DNA of 64,000 bases from assembly GCA_040954595.2 (NCBI GenBank), contig CM082593.2, positions 5,039,434 through 5,103,433 on the forward strand, written 5' to 3'. Shown in pieces: positions 1 through 13,570 of this stretch. Under the pieces are notes generated by a model, which saw nothing but the letters and a program-made list of their open reading frames with translations, made no database searches and was not told the DNA's origin. This DNA is from Balanoglossus misakiensis. Lineage: Eukaryota > Animalia > Hemichordata. Numbering within the stretch: position 1 is the first letter of the stretch; the number at the start of each line of letters is the position of its first letter. A program made the position numbers and the translations under genes.

Positions 1-3000
1 ACTCTGCTACCAGCATTTGCTTGTCAAGTTATTGTAAAAAAAAACTGTTGTTAGATTAGTAAGTGCAGGCCAATGCAGCAGGCCAATTTATCCATTTAGT
101 GCATTTCAGCAAATTTTGTCTGCGCAGAAAATGACGGCAAATATTCCCTAAGGAACTCATTTTCACACAGTGGCTGTATGTGTTACACACAGGTGAACAT
201 TTTCTGTCAAAAATATTACAGATGCCATATAGTGGATCTCAAGGGCCATTCCACGACAGAGCCAACCCTTCTGCCGAATAAGCAGGAAATAATTTCTTCA
301 GGTTGTGTTACTTGTTCCTCTTATGAAACAAATTTACCTAATTTTACTAGACAGACATTTTAGTAAATGTTCGTTTTATTTTAATTCCCCTGTCAAATAG
401 GATAACTTCCATGAAATCAGCCTACCTTAGAGACAACCAAACCAGGCTAGAATGATACAAATTTTCACAGTATTCGTGATGTCTTTTAGTATGATTTCTC
501 TTCAAGTAGTGTCTTTTGATTACCCATGATGCAAAAAATGGTTATAATATCAGATTGTAACTTAAAGCTTACAGCTCAGTAATAGTAGGCCTATATTAAG
601 CTTGAACCTGAGTATATGAAGCCCATAGCATCCTTGAAAATAAATATCGTCCTTCCCAGGCTATAAAAAGATAAAAAATAAACCTGAAACTTGATGCTTA
701 TCGGCTCACAACACTTAGAAAATACTGTAAATGTCATGTTTCAAATGTTGACATTAGGCACTGTCATATACACGTTGTAAATTGTAGTGCATAAGTAAGA
801 ATCTTTGCGGCAGTATCGACCTGAGCTCTTTACACAAGCCAGAATTGTTCGCCAAGGCAAGCTGAATTTAATAGTTTGTTTTTGGGGGTATCGATAAGCC
901 ATCAACGGAAGTACTTCTCGCCTTGTGAGTGACCGAATAGGGCATTACCCAAACCCTTCGACATGATGTGAACTTCATTGAAGGCGCCATCTTGTCTTGT
1001 TGACCTATACGCGGTGCCAATCATGACGCAGAGTTGACCCTTGACACGTGATGGGCACTGTTGGAATGCAGTGCGGGGGCCTCTGAAACTATACACGTTG
1101 ACATCCCCTCTCATTCGCAGCTGTTGCGAGTCCACTATTAAAATCGCGTTAATCTCGAGAAGTTCAAAGTGGAAACCATTGCAACGACAAATACGAGAAT
1201 TAGATGAAACCAGGGCAACCGCTATATGTATGGATAGATTTGACATTGATTTGGTCGAAGAACCGTGTGCAAACCATGGGCTGAGCAAAAAGCAGTCACA
1301 ACCAAACATGTCGTTTTTAACACAGAGTAGCACAAAAACTGATTTTCTTAGACACTCCGATCCTCATATCGCAACTGCCTCAGAATCAGATCATCTATCA
1401 TATACATGTAGGTCACTGTGATTCATTTGTTCAAAATGTCTGAATTTTGTTGGAAGTTCACCTGGCCAAAATAATATGCATTAGGTTATCCTTGCCGATG
1501 AAAAAATGAAACAGCAATGTCTCTTGATGAAAACACACCAGGATTAAAAATAAATAGTGAATTTCAGAGTTAAAGTTCAAAATTAAACTAAGCTAAGAAT
1601 AATTAACTTAAAATGTTGTTTCGAGGTCACAGTTGAATGATTCCATGCATCAATTTTAGAGCTGTAACTAGCTGGGGCAGTTCGGCGCGTTTCATAATCT
1701 GGACTCCAAGAGCGGTATGCCTCTAAGGGCAAATGGCTCTGATTAGGTTAATTTAGTTTGGTTAAGTTACGGTAATCATGCACTGATCTCAGATTTTGTA
1801 CACAATTTCTGATGCTAATCATATCATTGTTAGCCACCACCACCCCGAAATCATTGAAACGAATCGCACAAAATGTACTAATTTCGAAACATCTGCCGAC
1901 TTTCGAACGCTTCGAATTTCACACTTCTCCCAGAGATGTGGGTATGTAGGTCAATGCTAGTGTGTTTTATAGCGACATTTGACTTCAAAGATAATGTAGC
2001 TGAAAATTAGTGTTTAGTTAAGAATCGTTGCCACACACATTTTCCGTGGTTAAGGTAACACGAATCAGCAAGAGAAAAAAAGTTTCATTTTGTTACATTT
2101 AAATGTCTTTGCATGCATTCAAGTTTTAAAGCAGTGTTTATCATATATGTACGTACATGAGAAGTTACTTTTAGCCCTTTGGTTGAGGATGCCCCCCCCC
2201 CGAAAGTATTAATTGTAACCGAACTGTGTTTCAGTTACTATATATATCATATATTCATTCTCACTGATTCAGTGAGAACTCGCTGATTTCATTTCTGGGT
2301 CGTTTACCTGCGTAGAATAGACTACAAATCAGATGAAATTTCTTTAGGCTGCCCCTCAAACACAACTACTTCGAACGTGACATGCTAATGCGCAGTCTCA
2401 GTAGAGAAGCGATTTTCTGTCGTCATTGGAATATCTTCCAGCCACCCAGCTGCGAAAGAAAAGAGAACTTTCGCTGGGGAAAAAATCCTGTAATCTTGTC
2501 AAAAGCTTTACTGGGTGACAGATGGGACGGTGGTATCCCTTTTGATGGATGGTAACATCTTTCATAATATGCGCCTATCAAATTTACTTTCACGACAGAA
2601 ATTATTTTGAAGGTTAATATAGGTCAGAGGTCAGCCCACTGCAATTATAGCACGCGTTATTATTGAACAAACAGATCTGAGCTTCTGGTTGTGGATCATT
2701 GAAACGGGGTGCTGATTTTAAAGAAAAAATATGACGTCATAAAACAGGAAACAATAAGCCAAGCAAAAGAAGAAATCCCTCTGATACCATGATTAGTAAA
2801 CCGGCAACTAAACGATAAGAAAACACCATGTTGCGTAGTCAAGTGGTTTTTGTGGTCTCGAGAAATTCTAAAATTCTTATATCCGGGTAATATTTATTTC
2901 ATGCAGAAAAATTCATATTGCGGGTCCCAGAAACTTCGTAACACACGCGAATACCTCTTTATTCAAAATGAAATGCTTGTGAGTTACTAGTATCTCGGCC

Positions 3001-6000
3001 AATTAGAAACTCGTCGACGTCACTGTAGTCCTGGTTACCTGTCAACTCTGCCGGTGACAGAAAACAGGTATCTAGAGACGCGATGATGCTATTTGAAGTC
3101 TTGGCAGAAGAATCTTCATGCACTACTTATCAATTTTTAAGCTCCATTGAGCCATTTACTTCAAGGAGTCGGCGAGTTACGTCATAGGAATTTCCAAAAT
3201 GTATGACACTGTGAAAGACTAGCAAAGGGCCATCGTTGGGCGCTTTGCCACGAACAGAAAGTCAAATGGAAAAAAAACAAGCAAATAGTAGAAAAGGGGG
3301 AAATTCGCTTTTCCGGGAAATTAAAATGATGCGTGTATTAACTACCATCAAAATGTGACTATTAGGGGATTTTAATATAGAGAATTTCGAGAGGATTTGA
3401 TTAAAATTCATTTTCGAAAATGTTTCTTCCACCAAAGTAAAATGACGCATGGTAGGCAATATTGATCGGAACAAACTTGTTTTTCGGCCTGAGTAGGTGC
3501 GCTTTAAGTTTATTCGACCATGTTAGAAATCCGGCGTTGTATGTCTTTTTTCAGTGCTAATTAAGAGGCACTTGAGAAAGTACTTGGCGGGCTCTGAATG
3601 GTGCTCGCATTATCTGTCAATTTCTACACTTAGGAAGCCTGTTGGATTCTCCTCTAAAAGTCTATACAAATTGTTTGATTCAATTAGGCAGTGTTTTCAT
3701 TGAATAACAATGCACTCTTGGAAGGGGGGTTCAATAGGAGCGGAGGGTGTTATTGTAACAGTCAAACAAAGGTAGCGTAATGGCCGACCAATAGTTTCCA
3801 TTTCACAAAAACTAGTACAGCAATTGATCTGCGAGAAATCCGACTTCCTGTCTTTAAAAGTTTCCCGGTGAAGTCACAAACACAATCCTGCCAGGGTCTG
3901 GCGTTTTTTAAGCGACAAATAAAATTAATTTGTGCTCGTGGGGGCGAGAATTCGTTCCCGACCTTTTGATCGCCAATTGTTGACACGTCAGGAGGGCCAA
4001 CAGAAACCGCCGCATCGATACTAATGGAATGCGACAACAAAATTCCCCCGGAAAGTGGTTTGTTTGAACTCTTCAACCGTGAATTCGACAGAAAATATTA
4101 ACAGGTTGTCGTCAAAGTTGTAGCGACAGAGAAAGTGAAAAGATTCGTTTGGAGAAGTGGAATTTCGTTGATTGAGTGAGAACCGTAATATTTGTTCTAC
4201 AAGCATCATGAACCGACATGGCGGTTTTGATCAGTTAATAATTCTTCATCACAATAACGAAATTCCATTAATTCTACTCTACAATTCTGATGAATAATCT
4301 CTCTTTGGGTTCTCCAGTCCCGAAATACCCTGTTAGTCGTAATATGTCACATTTTACTATCACCAACAACGAGACAAATGTTATATATCACCACAGATGA
4401 CCTTTTATACCCAGCGACAATAATTTACACCCTGGTTTGTATTTTCAGAAAAAAATATCCAAAAGCGGCCTCTTCAGGTGTACACATCCTTCCTACCGAC
4501 CCAGGATCTCTCGTTTACGAGATAATCGCATGAAAGGGGCCCGGCAATCGGAAATATTATAAATGAGAGCCCCTAGCCGGCGAGGTGATGAGAACAGAAC
4601 CGGGCGCGGGGAGTGATAAGTGCGATGATCAATACCAACCGCGCGTATAGTGTACTGAGGGGGATTAGCCCGAGTCACATTTGGTGTCTAAGACAGGTAG
4701 GGCCGGTACACAAAAAACATAAACGCTGCATTGTGTAAATGTTGCAACATTTCGACTCCCCAGGAATGTTCGACCTGGAGGGCTGACCTCCAGGAGTAAT
4801 TCCTGTCACGAAGTTGACCACTGTCTTGTTGATCTGTCAACATTTTCCTTCCTGTCGCTTCGATATTGACAGCCCCCCAGGTGTGAATTTTCCCCTCCCC
4901 TCTCTTTTAACCGACGACTGTCCATGGAGGACAAGAAATGGAAGAAAATATACTTTGACATTGTGGACTGCATTTGTTGCTAGAAACTACCTGTAATTGT
5001 TTGACACTGTATGGTTATTAAACGCGACACTTTACAGACTGAAGAATCAGTCGTGGAAATTTTAAAGAATCAATTTGCCACTGTAGGGTAATATTAAACA
5101 CTGATTTAGGAGAGAGCTGATTAAAGGTGGAATGAAAAACACTGCACTTCCATAACGATGGAAGTTAGCCTAAATGCATACTTTCTTTATCAACTTTATC
5201 TAAAAGTAACTGGATTAACTCATATTTCAATTGAAACATTTCCCTACCACATAAACATTCAACTTCAACAAGGAAAGAATGAATTGAAACTGCCTCTTTA
5301 AAAAGATACAGTGCTTTAGGAATCAGACGAAGTCTCACCAATTTCCTTTTTAAAAATATTAAGACATTATTATAGTATTTGGGCACATTCTCTTGAAGTA
5401 AATCATAAGAGTTTCTTTTTAGTTCCGGGAGTTGCTGTCTATGTACATGTACTGCAAAATGCGCCTCTCACAGCGATCAACGAATGGACCCAAATTTCAT
5501 ATCGAAAAGGTCGTCATTACATAACATGATAGTTTCGGCAACAGGGCAAAGTGATTCAGGAACGAATACTGTTTTTCAGGCCGCCAAAAGTGTATAGAGA
5601 ACGTGTTAAAATTTAACACAGTCACCTTGCTTACAAATGACCCCATGAAATGTTTTGTGCGACCCGCTTAAAGTCGCGTTTATTAGTTTGTGTAACTTTA
5701 CGATGTGGAGTGTGGGTCTAGGTCTGTGTTGGTCGTGCCTCAATGCTCGTAGAAGTAGGCTCAGCTAATTAAAACGTCATTGTTTCAGGATTAATTACGC
5801 AACGGGTTCGGGATTAATTGCTTTGGCTGGTCGTTGCCGTCTTCGGAGAAGGTCTTGTTGGGACCGGGCTCCCATAGAAATGCGGCGGCATTCCCTCGGG
5901 ACCAGATCCATGCACGGCTCAATTAACGAGCAAACACGTTGTAGCTAATTGCTTTAAGCTCAAAGTAAATACAACTGTTACGCTCTTTTATGTCAATAAG

Positions 6001-9000
6001 GAGATTCGGACCCCTTCAACGATAAAGACAGACCGGTTCTAACTCACAACTCGCTGCCAAAGCGTCCGAACAGTTCAAATCCTCGCTTCAAGATTGTTTG
6101 TGTGGTCAAATTGTCACGAAGCCAAATAAAACAACCAAAAGCATGCCGATATCTGTTTTATTATTTATTATTTTACTTTTAAAAGAGTAAACGGCAACAC
6201 ACTGTTCAAAAGGTAGAAAACGCACCGTTTACCGGGATCTTGCGGGCAAGTGTCGCCGAACAAATAAGTTTCTCAGACAATCATCGCATTATCGAAGATA
6301 GCACTAAAGAGCTACTAAATTTTTCATGCAGTGCATTTTTTTGCAAATCTATGTTTCAAAGCTACTAATCTCCTATTTACAGATTTAAACGACGGGATTC
6401 GGGACAACAAGTAGAACCAGCGGTTAGCGCAGCGCGCATCTTTTGTCTCCGGGATTATAAAGGCTTTCTGAAGACCTCAGTACTTACAATTTATTAATCT
6501 ATAGTTTGTTTTTCTCTATTATGGATTGGATTAAGTTATTTCCCCGGGATCACCAGCCTATTATCTTTTTATGTGTTGTAGGAGTCAGGAGTCTTAGTTG
6601 AGGCTTAGCTTTTTCACTCCCCAAAACATCAACTCTATTACGACTTCGATTTTGCATTATTGTGGTCCCCGCGTCGTAAACGGTCGGACTGGGCGCTTCA
6701 ATCCGACCGCGGCAAGTTTGCGGCCATCATGATGTGAAGGAGGTGGGATGGGGTCGGGGCAACAACCAGACGTCATTTGGAGTACAAACTTGGAGTGTAT
6801 CCTGATGTTGGGACATCGATTAACCCTTGTACTTGAAGTTCACGTCCTATCTGAGTTTAAATATTTAAGAGAGCCACTTGATCTGTCTTTTCCCACATGT
6901 GGTTGCAGACAGCACTTGAGAAAAAAAATTATGTATGTAAACGGTGTCATTAGATACATTTAGGAACGGCTTGATATAGTTCAACAAGTTAGTGTCGAGA
7001 CACAACAAGTTTTATGCCCACATATTTTATACCCTCATTTCCACCGATCACGCTTAAGATTCAGACCACGATACTAGCTGGTTGATTTGCTGCATGAAAC
7101 CCAGCAGAATATTTACAACCAGTAAGTGAAATAATTTTAAGTATTTCTCCAAGTACTTAAAACGGCGCCAAGAAAAGAATTCGTTGATTTTCAAGTTCTG
7201 CCGACGGCTTCTGTCCGCCATTGTTTCAGAGCCCTGGGTGCAGATTTTGAAGTTGTGCGTCATGTGACGTGTAGTACATGCCGCGGAAGGAGAGGAGGGG
7301 AGTGAGGGAAGGGGGGGGGGGGGGGCTGCAGAAAGCCAACGATTTTTTGCTCAGATTTGACCTGAAATTTCTTCAAAACTTCTGCTGTGAAATCTGCTTT
7401 GTACGCCTCGATTTCGTTTCCTATACTGCAACGGCCCTGAGAATGGCTGATCTGGCTAGAAGAACGACACAGTCAGACGTATGCACAAATTCCGTTGGTG
7501 TTGTCTCAGACTGGACCTCACCCAAATCAATTTTTCAAACCCAAGCCACTCGACTATAGACTGACAAATGACAAATTGAGCAGTGTTTATTGTCGAAAAC
7601 TAATCTGGGGCTACAAAAACTGTTATATACGACTTTTACAAGAAAAGTTTTCCATTTTAAACAAAAATCCACACAAAACTATGTGGTAAAAAGAGTGACT
7701 ATACTAAGGTCTACAAACCATGCATTTTATACTCGAAATTATCATACAAAGACCCAGTACCCACATGTTTAAATCACGAATCGAACTGTCTGGCTGTAGA
7801 GTGCACACTTCCAAAGGTCACCAAACAGGTGACCTCTACATCTCTTTCTATTCTCCAAGCCTAATCCCAGATTAGATTAAAGCAATCCCGGTTTGGTGAC
7901 CCCTTTTGGGTTGTCCGTCGTTTCCGAAGTTGTCCTCCGTGGAAATTTGGTTATGAGGAGTATATTCCCACATGTATATGTAAGACACAGGTGTTTTGTT
8001 TATTCTATGAGCTCGTGTCAATTACTAATATGTACATAACTGCGCCAACGTTTAACACCCTGTGAATAGTAACGGATGTCATAAACTAATTTAATTGGAG
8101 TCTGAATGCGACCACTATATCTGAAATACAACTGATCAAATGTTGCCAGAGATTGGGAAACAATCGCACGTTAATACGGCCTGAAAAAATCGCCTTCAAA
8201 TAAAGTATATTTTGATGTGATCTTGCGCGTGTCTCGGTAATGCCTCAGTTTTTACTTGACAGAAGATGAGGACATTTTTGTAACATGGAGTACATATGAT
8301 CTGCATGCAGAAGTGCATTATCAGACCACCCTAAAATAAACATTGTGACTGTTTAGTGTTACTTGTCAGGTTGGCTGAAAACGATTCTGTTTACAATGGG
8401 CATCGCCTCCGGGGGCTGTCTTAATCCCTGTTTCAAAGAATGGGCAATGTTATCCGTTTCTTCGGCTATTCTCAGGCTGGGATGGAAGTCGGTCCGCCAG
8501 TCTATACTGGATTACAGGCGCGCTCATTCTTCGAGAAAATTTGAGTTGGGTTGTTTAATAGTGCACAAGTTTCAATCAGTTACCATATCTGTGTCCTACT
8601 CAATTTGAAGTAAAAAAAAAACTTTCTGTAATGTCACTTACCTAAATCGACGCCATCTTGTTACGTAACAGTTAGTCAAATTATTACCCCACCGTGAATT
8701 GATCCTAATTGCAATGAATAGCAGCCTATCTCCTAAAAAAAATCTCATTCGCCGAAAACGAAAGTTTCAGAAAAAGTCGTCCTGCAACCAAGGCGCGAAA
8801 TTGCTGCAAGATCGCAGTGCATTTTTGAAATACCTGGTAACGTGTGCCTTTATGTCATGGACAGAGATGCGAAATTCTGTCAATTTCGCGTCTTTGTTGG
8901 AATGACATGGCACAGGCTTGCTCCATTATCACCCGTGTTTACTTTAGTAAATTTTTAATATGGCGTTATCATGTGTTATCAGGTATTCTGTCGTATCGAT

Positions 9001-12000
9001 TGGCCGGGACTTAGCTGACTCTGCTGGTATAGTCCAGATATACATGTAGGCACCCAATTTACCGACTCCTAATAATGATACTGTGCATTTCCTTTCCTCC
9101 GGGCTAATCAGCCTATCCACGCTTTCCTCTCTGTAAACGAATTTATATTTACTTGTCTGTCTGGCGTTGGATCGAGCCCACAGCTGCATGTACTTTTATC
9201 GGCGCACGAGGGCGCAGGTCATGCAAGACAATACGCGCAAAAGCAACGGCCAAGGTTTCGGGACGACACCTTCATTTATTGTCTACTCTGATTTCCGTTT
9301 TATGATCGGAAGAACATATTTCTGTGCAGCTATGTTCAACACATGTTGAGAACCAGAGCCCCTTTCCGAGGAGAGGTTTATGTGACCTTTCGGGTCAGGT
9401 AGATGTCGTTTTAAAAACAAGTTTGCTATTGTGAAAAAGGCGAAAGGGGTGGTTTTATTGGGGTAAAAAATACGACATTTTATGATTAAGATTCAGTCAC
9501 CGCAGGGTTACATTGAAGGCAGCACTCACACTTAAGGTTTTGTTTGCGTTTAGTTAAGTCAGGGAGTGATTTATTTCCCTCAGTAAACAAATCAATGCAC
9601 AATCGCCGGAAAAAGGTTATCCGAAAAATCAGTGTCGTGAAAAATCTCCAGTTCTAAAAATCCTTCTTTTATGATTTACAAATCGTCTGCCGCTTAAAAT
9701 CATGTTAGGAAAGACGTGATAGGTTTAAGTCTTGTTAGATATCTCCCACTGAGAATTTCGTTCGTTTTGTCGGCGGGGTCTGCTTCATCGCAAATAAATG
9801 CCAAGTTGCCGCGAGTTTTGGGATTATCGCTAGGGGATAAAGGGTTTCTGTCACAAGCATTTGAGTCCCAGTTGGCCGAAGTTGCCTTTATGTCGGAGAA
9901 AAAAAACCTCGAATGCAATCATCGCCAGACTTCTTAGCTATCAAACGATAAAACTTTTTTCTTGGTGGCTTAGAAACACAAACAAGACCAATCGCGAGGA
10001 TTCTGCCTTGCTTAGTTATCTGGTTGGAGCTGTCACGGTGCATTGTAAATCGTGTCGAAATAAATTACCCCTGGTTGGCCGTCTATTGGCTCGGCGGCTC
10101 TTCGATTGGACCCTATTGACTGAATTCAATTAATTTACTCGTGTTAGGGAGCTCAGGACACCATCTTTTCGCAGGTGTGCCGCGCCATTTCTTCGTCGCC
10201 ATGGAAACCGCTCCTGCCGCGCGCTTTTAGTTGCTGAAATGTTCCCTGTACTGGCAATGAGTTGGAATATCGTGGTGTGTGGAAATGGAAAGATACGAAT
10301 AACATCACCGCGGTGATTTTTTGGCACTTGAAGAAATCCCCGCACAACATATTTAAAATAAGCTTAACCCCCACGCACTTAATTCAATCAAATCTCCTTC
10401 GTCAGGCGGGATCCTTATGTGTGGACTTACATCGTGCCTGACTCGGACAGAAAAGTTGAGCAATTATTCAACATACCTCGGTCGCCGAAATACAGCAGTA
10501 TTCACATTTTATCCCCAAATTCCTTCATAATTTGACAGTTGGAATCGCCATGGGCACTTATTTGTTTTTCTAAAGCTGCTTGGCGTGATGTTTCTACCCA
10601 ACGCGTGGCCCTCCGTTCGCCTTTGCACATCCACGGATTTAAGCTCAACAAGTCGCACCTCGATAAAAAAAACAACAACACAAATACAGGTATTAGGGCA
10701 TTTAGTTGAAGTGATACGAGCACGCGCAGCCTGAACTCTTTTTTTACCTCTTCTGCGCATTACGGCACCTCACGCGATCGCCTCTCCGACTCCTTGTAAA
10801 ACTAAGACCGGGGATTAACCGGCGCTTTTGCCAACTCCGGGCAAGCCGCGCCCGACAATGCGCGCGGATTACGCGCCGAACAATGGGCATTCATCGCGGC
10901 TTGTTGCTCTTGTCAAATTCGCTAATGCCTCCGCCACGATTGACGATTTGCAAATAAAATGATTTAAATCGCTCAATATTTCGAGTTCATTAAAACAGAA
11001 ATGCCGAAAAGCCGACAGTTAGCGATTAAGAGCCGAAAGAACGATATTGATGAAACACCAAAGAATTAATAACCGCTGTTTATTTGGCAGCATTAAACGC
11101 GAGTAAATCTGGATTTAGAAATAATCTCATACTGCGGTAGTTGATAAGAACATGACACCAAAATCACTTCAATAAGAAAAGATCCAATTAAACAACCACA
11201 CTGAACTATTTTATGAACCGAAGTGTGACAATAAATGCGATGCTGGTATTCAATCGTAAGTCTGGTGTAAGCGTTGGAGGAATATTTCTCTGTGTACCTA
11301 TATTTATCCAGGAATTTAGTTTCTTTCTTAAAGACAAATAGTATGATATCCTTAGGAACTTGGGGAAATGTTTTCGGCATTGGAAGAGGAGGAAAGGAGA
11401 GACGATTGAGCGTCAAACATTTATTGAAGCATTTTAACAGAACTGCAGTGTATTTTATGTGTAACTGTCATAAGAAAACTTGGCACATTTATGACGGAAA
11501 GGCTGCAAAAAATTACAGAAAATATAACTGAATGGAGATCTGTAGAAACACGGGCCCAGAACCAAACTTTTAGCAAAATTATTGGCATTTTTCGAGTGCT
11601 TGGAAACGTCTATTGCTCGCAAAAGGAGGGGCTAGTTCTCTAGTGCAACAAAAACATGTGTTGTCGACTTCCTGAGCAAACTGTTTGTCTAGGCTTCCGA
11701 CCATATGTGGCCCCGATTCTCGCCGAACCAGGGACGTCGCAATCTGCATTCACCGCCTGAGCGGTTTTTAATCCCCTGCCGACCAGAAACGGAACTTTTG
11801 ACACAAGTCTGCGGAATCACAATCTCTTTATCGGCTGTAGAGATTTTCGAGTGTTTCCACCTGTGTTGCGGAGCACGTCACGCAGACTGCCATATGAGTA
11901 AACTGCCCTTCGACTTGAAGTCACAGGGAAGGTGTCAGACGGGATTGATTTATTCGGCGAGGGTTCCTGCTCTTTTTCGCAGGTGTGGGGAGGTGATAGT

Positions 12001-13389
12001 ATGTTCACCGCACAACCCAGACTCGCGCCCTGGTTTAGTGTAACGACTCAGGCATTTCGCATCATTCAGATAACACCGACAGACACCGCCAAAATTCGCT
12101 CCAATCGAACGGGCTCATTATTCTCCCGGTCGCCATGGAAAACCCCAGCACAACCCCATAATTTAACGAATTTTCGAAAACTCGATTTAAATTAACACTA
12201 TTAAAGGATCGAAAATTTAATTGAAAATTCTGAGCTTAATCCGATCTAATACGTTGGCTTAACTGGGACCCGTTTGAAGATGAAATTTGGCGGTTTTTAG
12301 CCAGCCTCCGAAAGATTGCCAATAAAACACCTGTGGACGGGCCTACAATTCCTCAAATCTTAGCGATGAATTAAAAAAGCCACGATGTACGATTACCTCA
12401 AAAGAAATATGCTCAACTGACGGTCACTTAATTTCACGATGGATTAATCTACCATGAGATACTTAGAACTGGAAGCAAATAACCTACTCAAGTCTTACAC
12501 CGTTGATTGACAGATTGCCTTGTTTGATTGCAATCGAGTTAACGAATGAGCCTCCTGTTGATCAGACTGCCAATAGTTGTCGCTATTCGTACATCCGGCA
12601 CATTTTCAACATTCGTTTTGTTAAGTTTGCGAGCATGTTAACTCGTCAAGTCATCAAGCAAAATTCCCGCACACACTCCCCCTTATTGTTTCTGCAAAAC
12701 TAAACCAAACCATTGAAAACACAGAAAATATACTTTCCATAATACCTTCACAGGCTGAAGTTATTGTTTGTTGGCTGACCTAACTTTGATTTAGAGTTGT
12801 AGTTGTAGACATCTGCAATGCAGACTATTATTAGTACCGATCGCCGATCTTTATAAATCACGCTATCTTTCTTTTTATTTGTAGAGGCCATATGGTTGAA
12901 CACTTGTTGAGATAGACGTGATAGAATTGATTGCCTCCAATCACGGGTTGCTGTAATCCAGAATCGGACGAACTTCAATCTGTTACAAACAGTCTGAACC
13001 CCGCCGACCGCCCCGGAATTCCGTTGGAGATTCCACCACTAAGGTAAAGTCTTACGCGCATTTTTCCATAGCAGGAGATTCGTCAAAATGCAGTGGCATT
13101 TTAACATTTGAAATTGTAGTGTGTCGGCCATTTTGTCCGCCATACTTTCTGCTAGCTGAAAGGCGCAACATAAGTTCATAGGATATGTTCAGCAGCGGCT
13201 GCGTGTACCAAAAGAACGGTAACGTGTTTTCTAATTTTAGATCACGCTTATATATCTCGTATGGTTTTTAATTGTTGGTCATACTCAATTTCCACTCAAG
13301 ACTTACTTTTTGAACTTGATATTCTTCACATGTGAAAATCGTAGATTCTCAGAACAAGATCTCTAATGTTTTATTTCCTTTACTTTCAG

Positions 13390-13570
13390 GGCAAACATCG
13401 GGGAGCCGAAATCCGTGCAAACTAGAACGCACTGGTCACTGATCCTGGACGAATTCGACGATTCTTTGCATGGTAGGATAGTGCTGTTAATAGGCGAAAA
13501 ATGTTTAGTTTTTCACAAAAAAGGAAAACAGTATCAACTTCAAAATAAAAATAATGGCTTTGTCATGTAT
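13390..13570 (+). other. Putative terminal exon of an unannotated spliced transcript, probably non-coding
   Basis: Branch-like ctctaat at 13361, strong acceptor ttttatttcctttactttcag|g, AATAAA at 13544 and a T-rich tract downstream. Candidate upstream donor aag|gtaaag at 13043. Confidence 0.3.

Noticed and set aside
902-1421. Overlapping 143-aa and 126-aa ORFs, plus an AAGATGGCG/CCAAT promoter-like patch near 990-1020
   Set aside because: No recognisable protein, and the ATG frame stops after about 40 codons. A leftward gene start is possible but unsupported.
6005-6025. GGACCCCTTCAAC resembling miR-133
   Set aside because: Mismatch in the seed, divergent 3' end and no hairpin.
10320-10345. 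TTTGGCACTTGAAGAAATCCC resembling the miR-96/263 family
   Set aside because: No complementary arm nearby to form a pre-miRNA hairpin.
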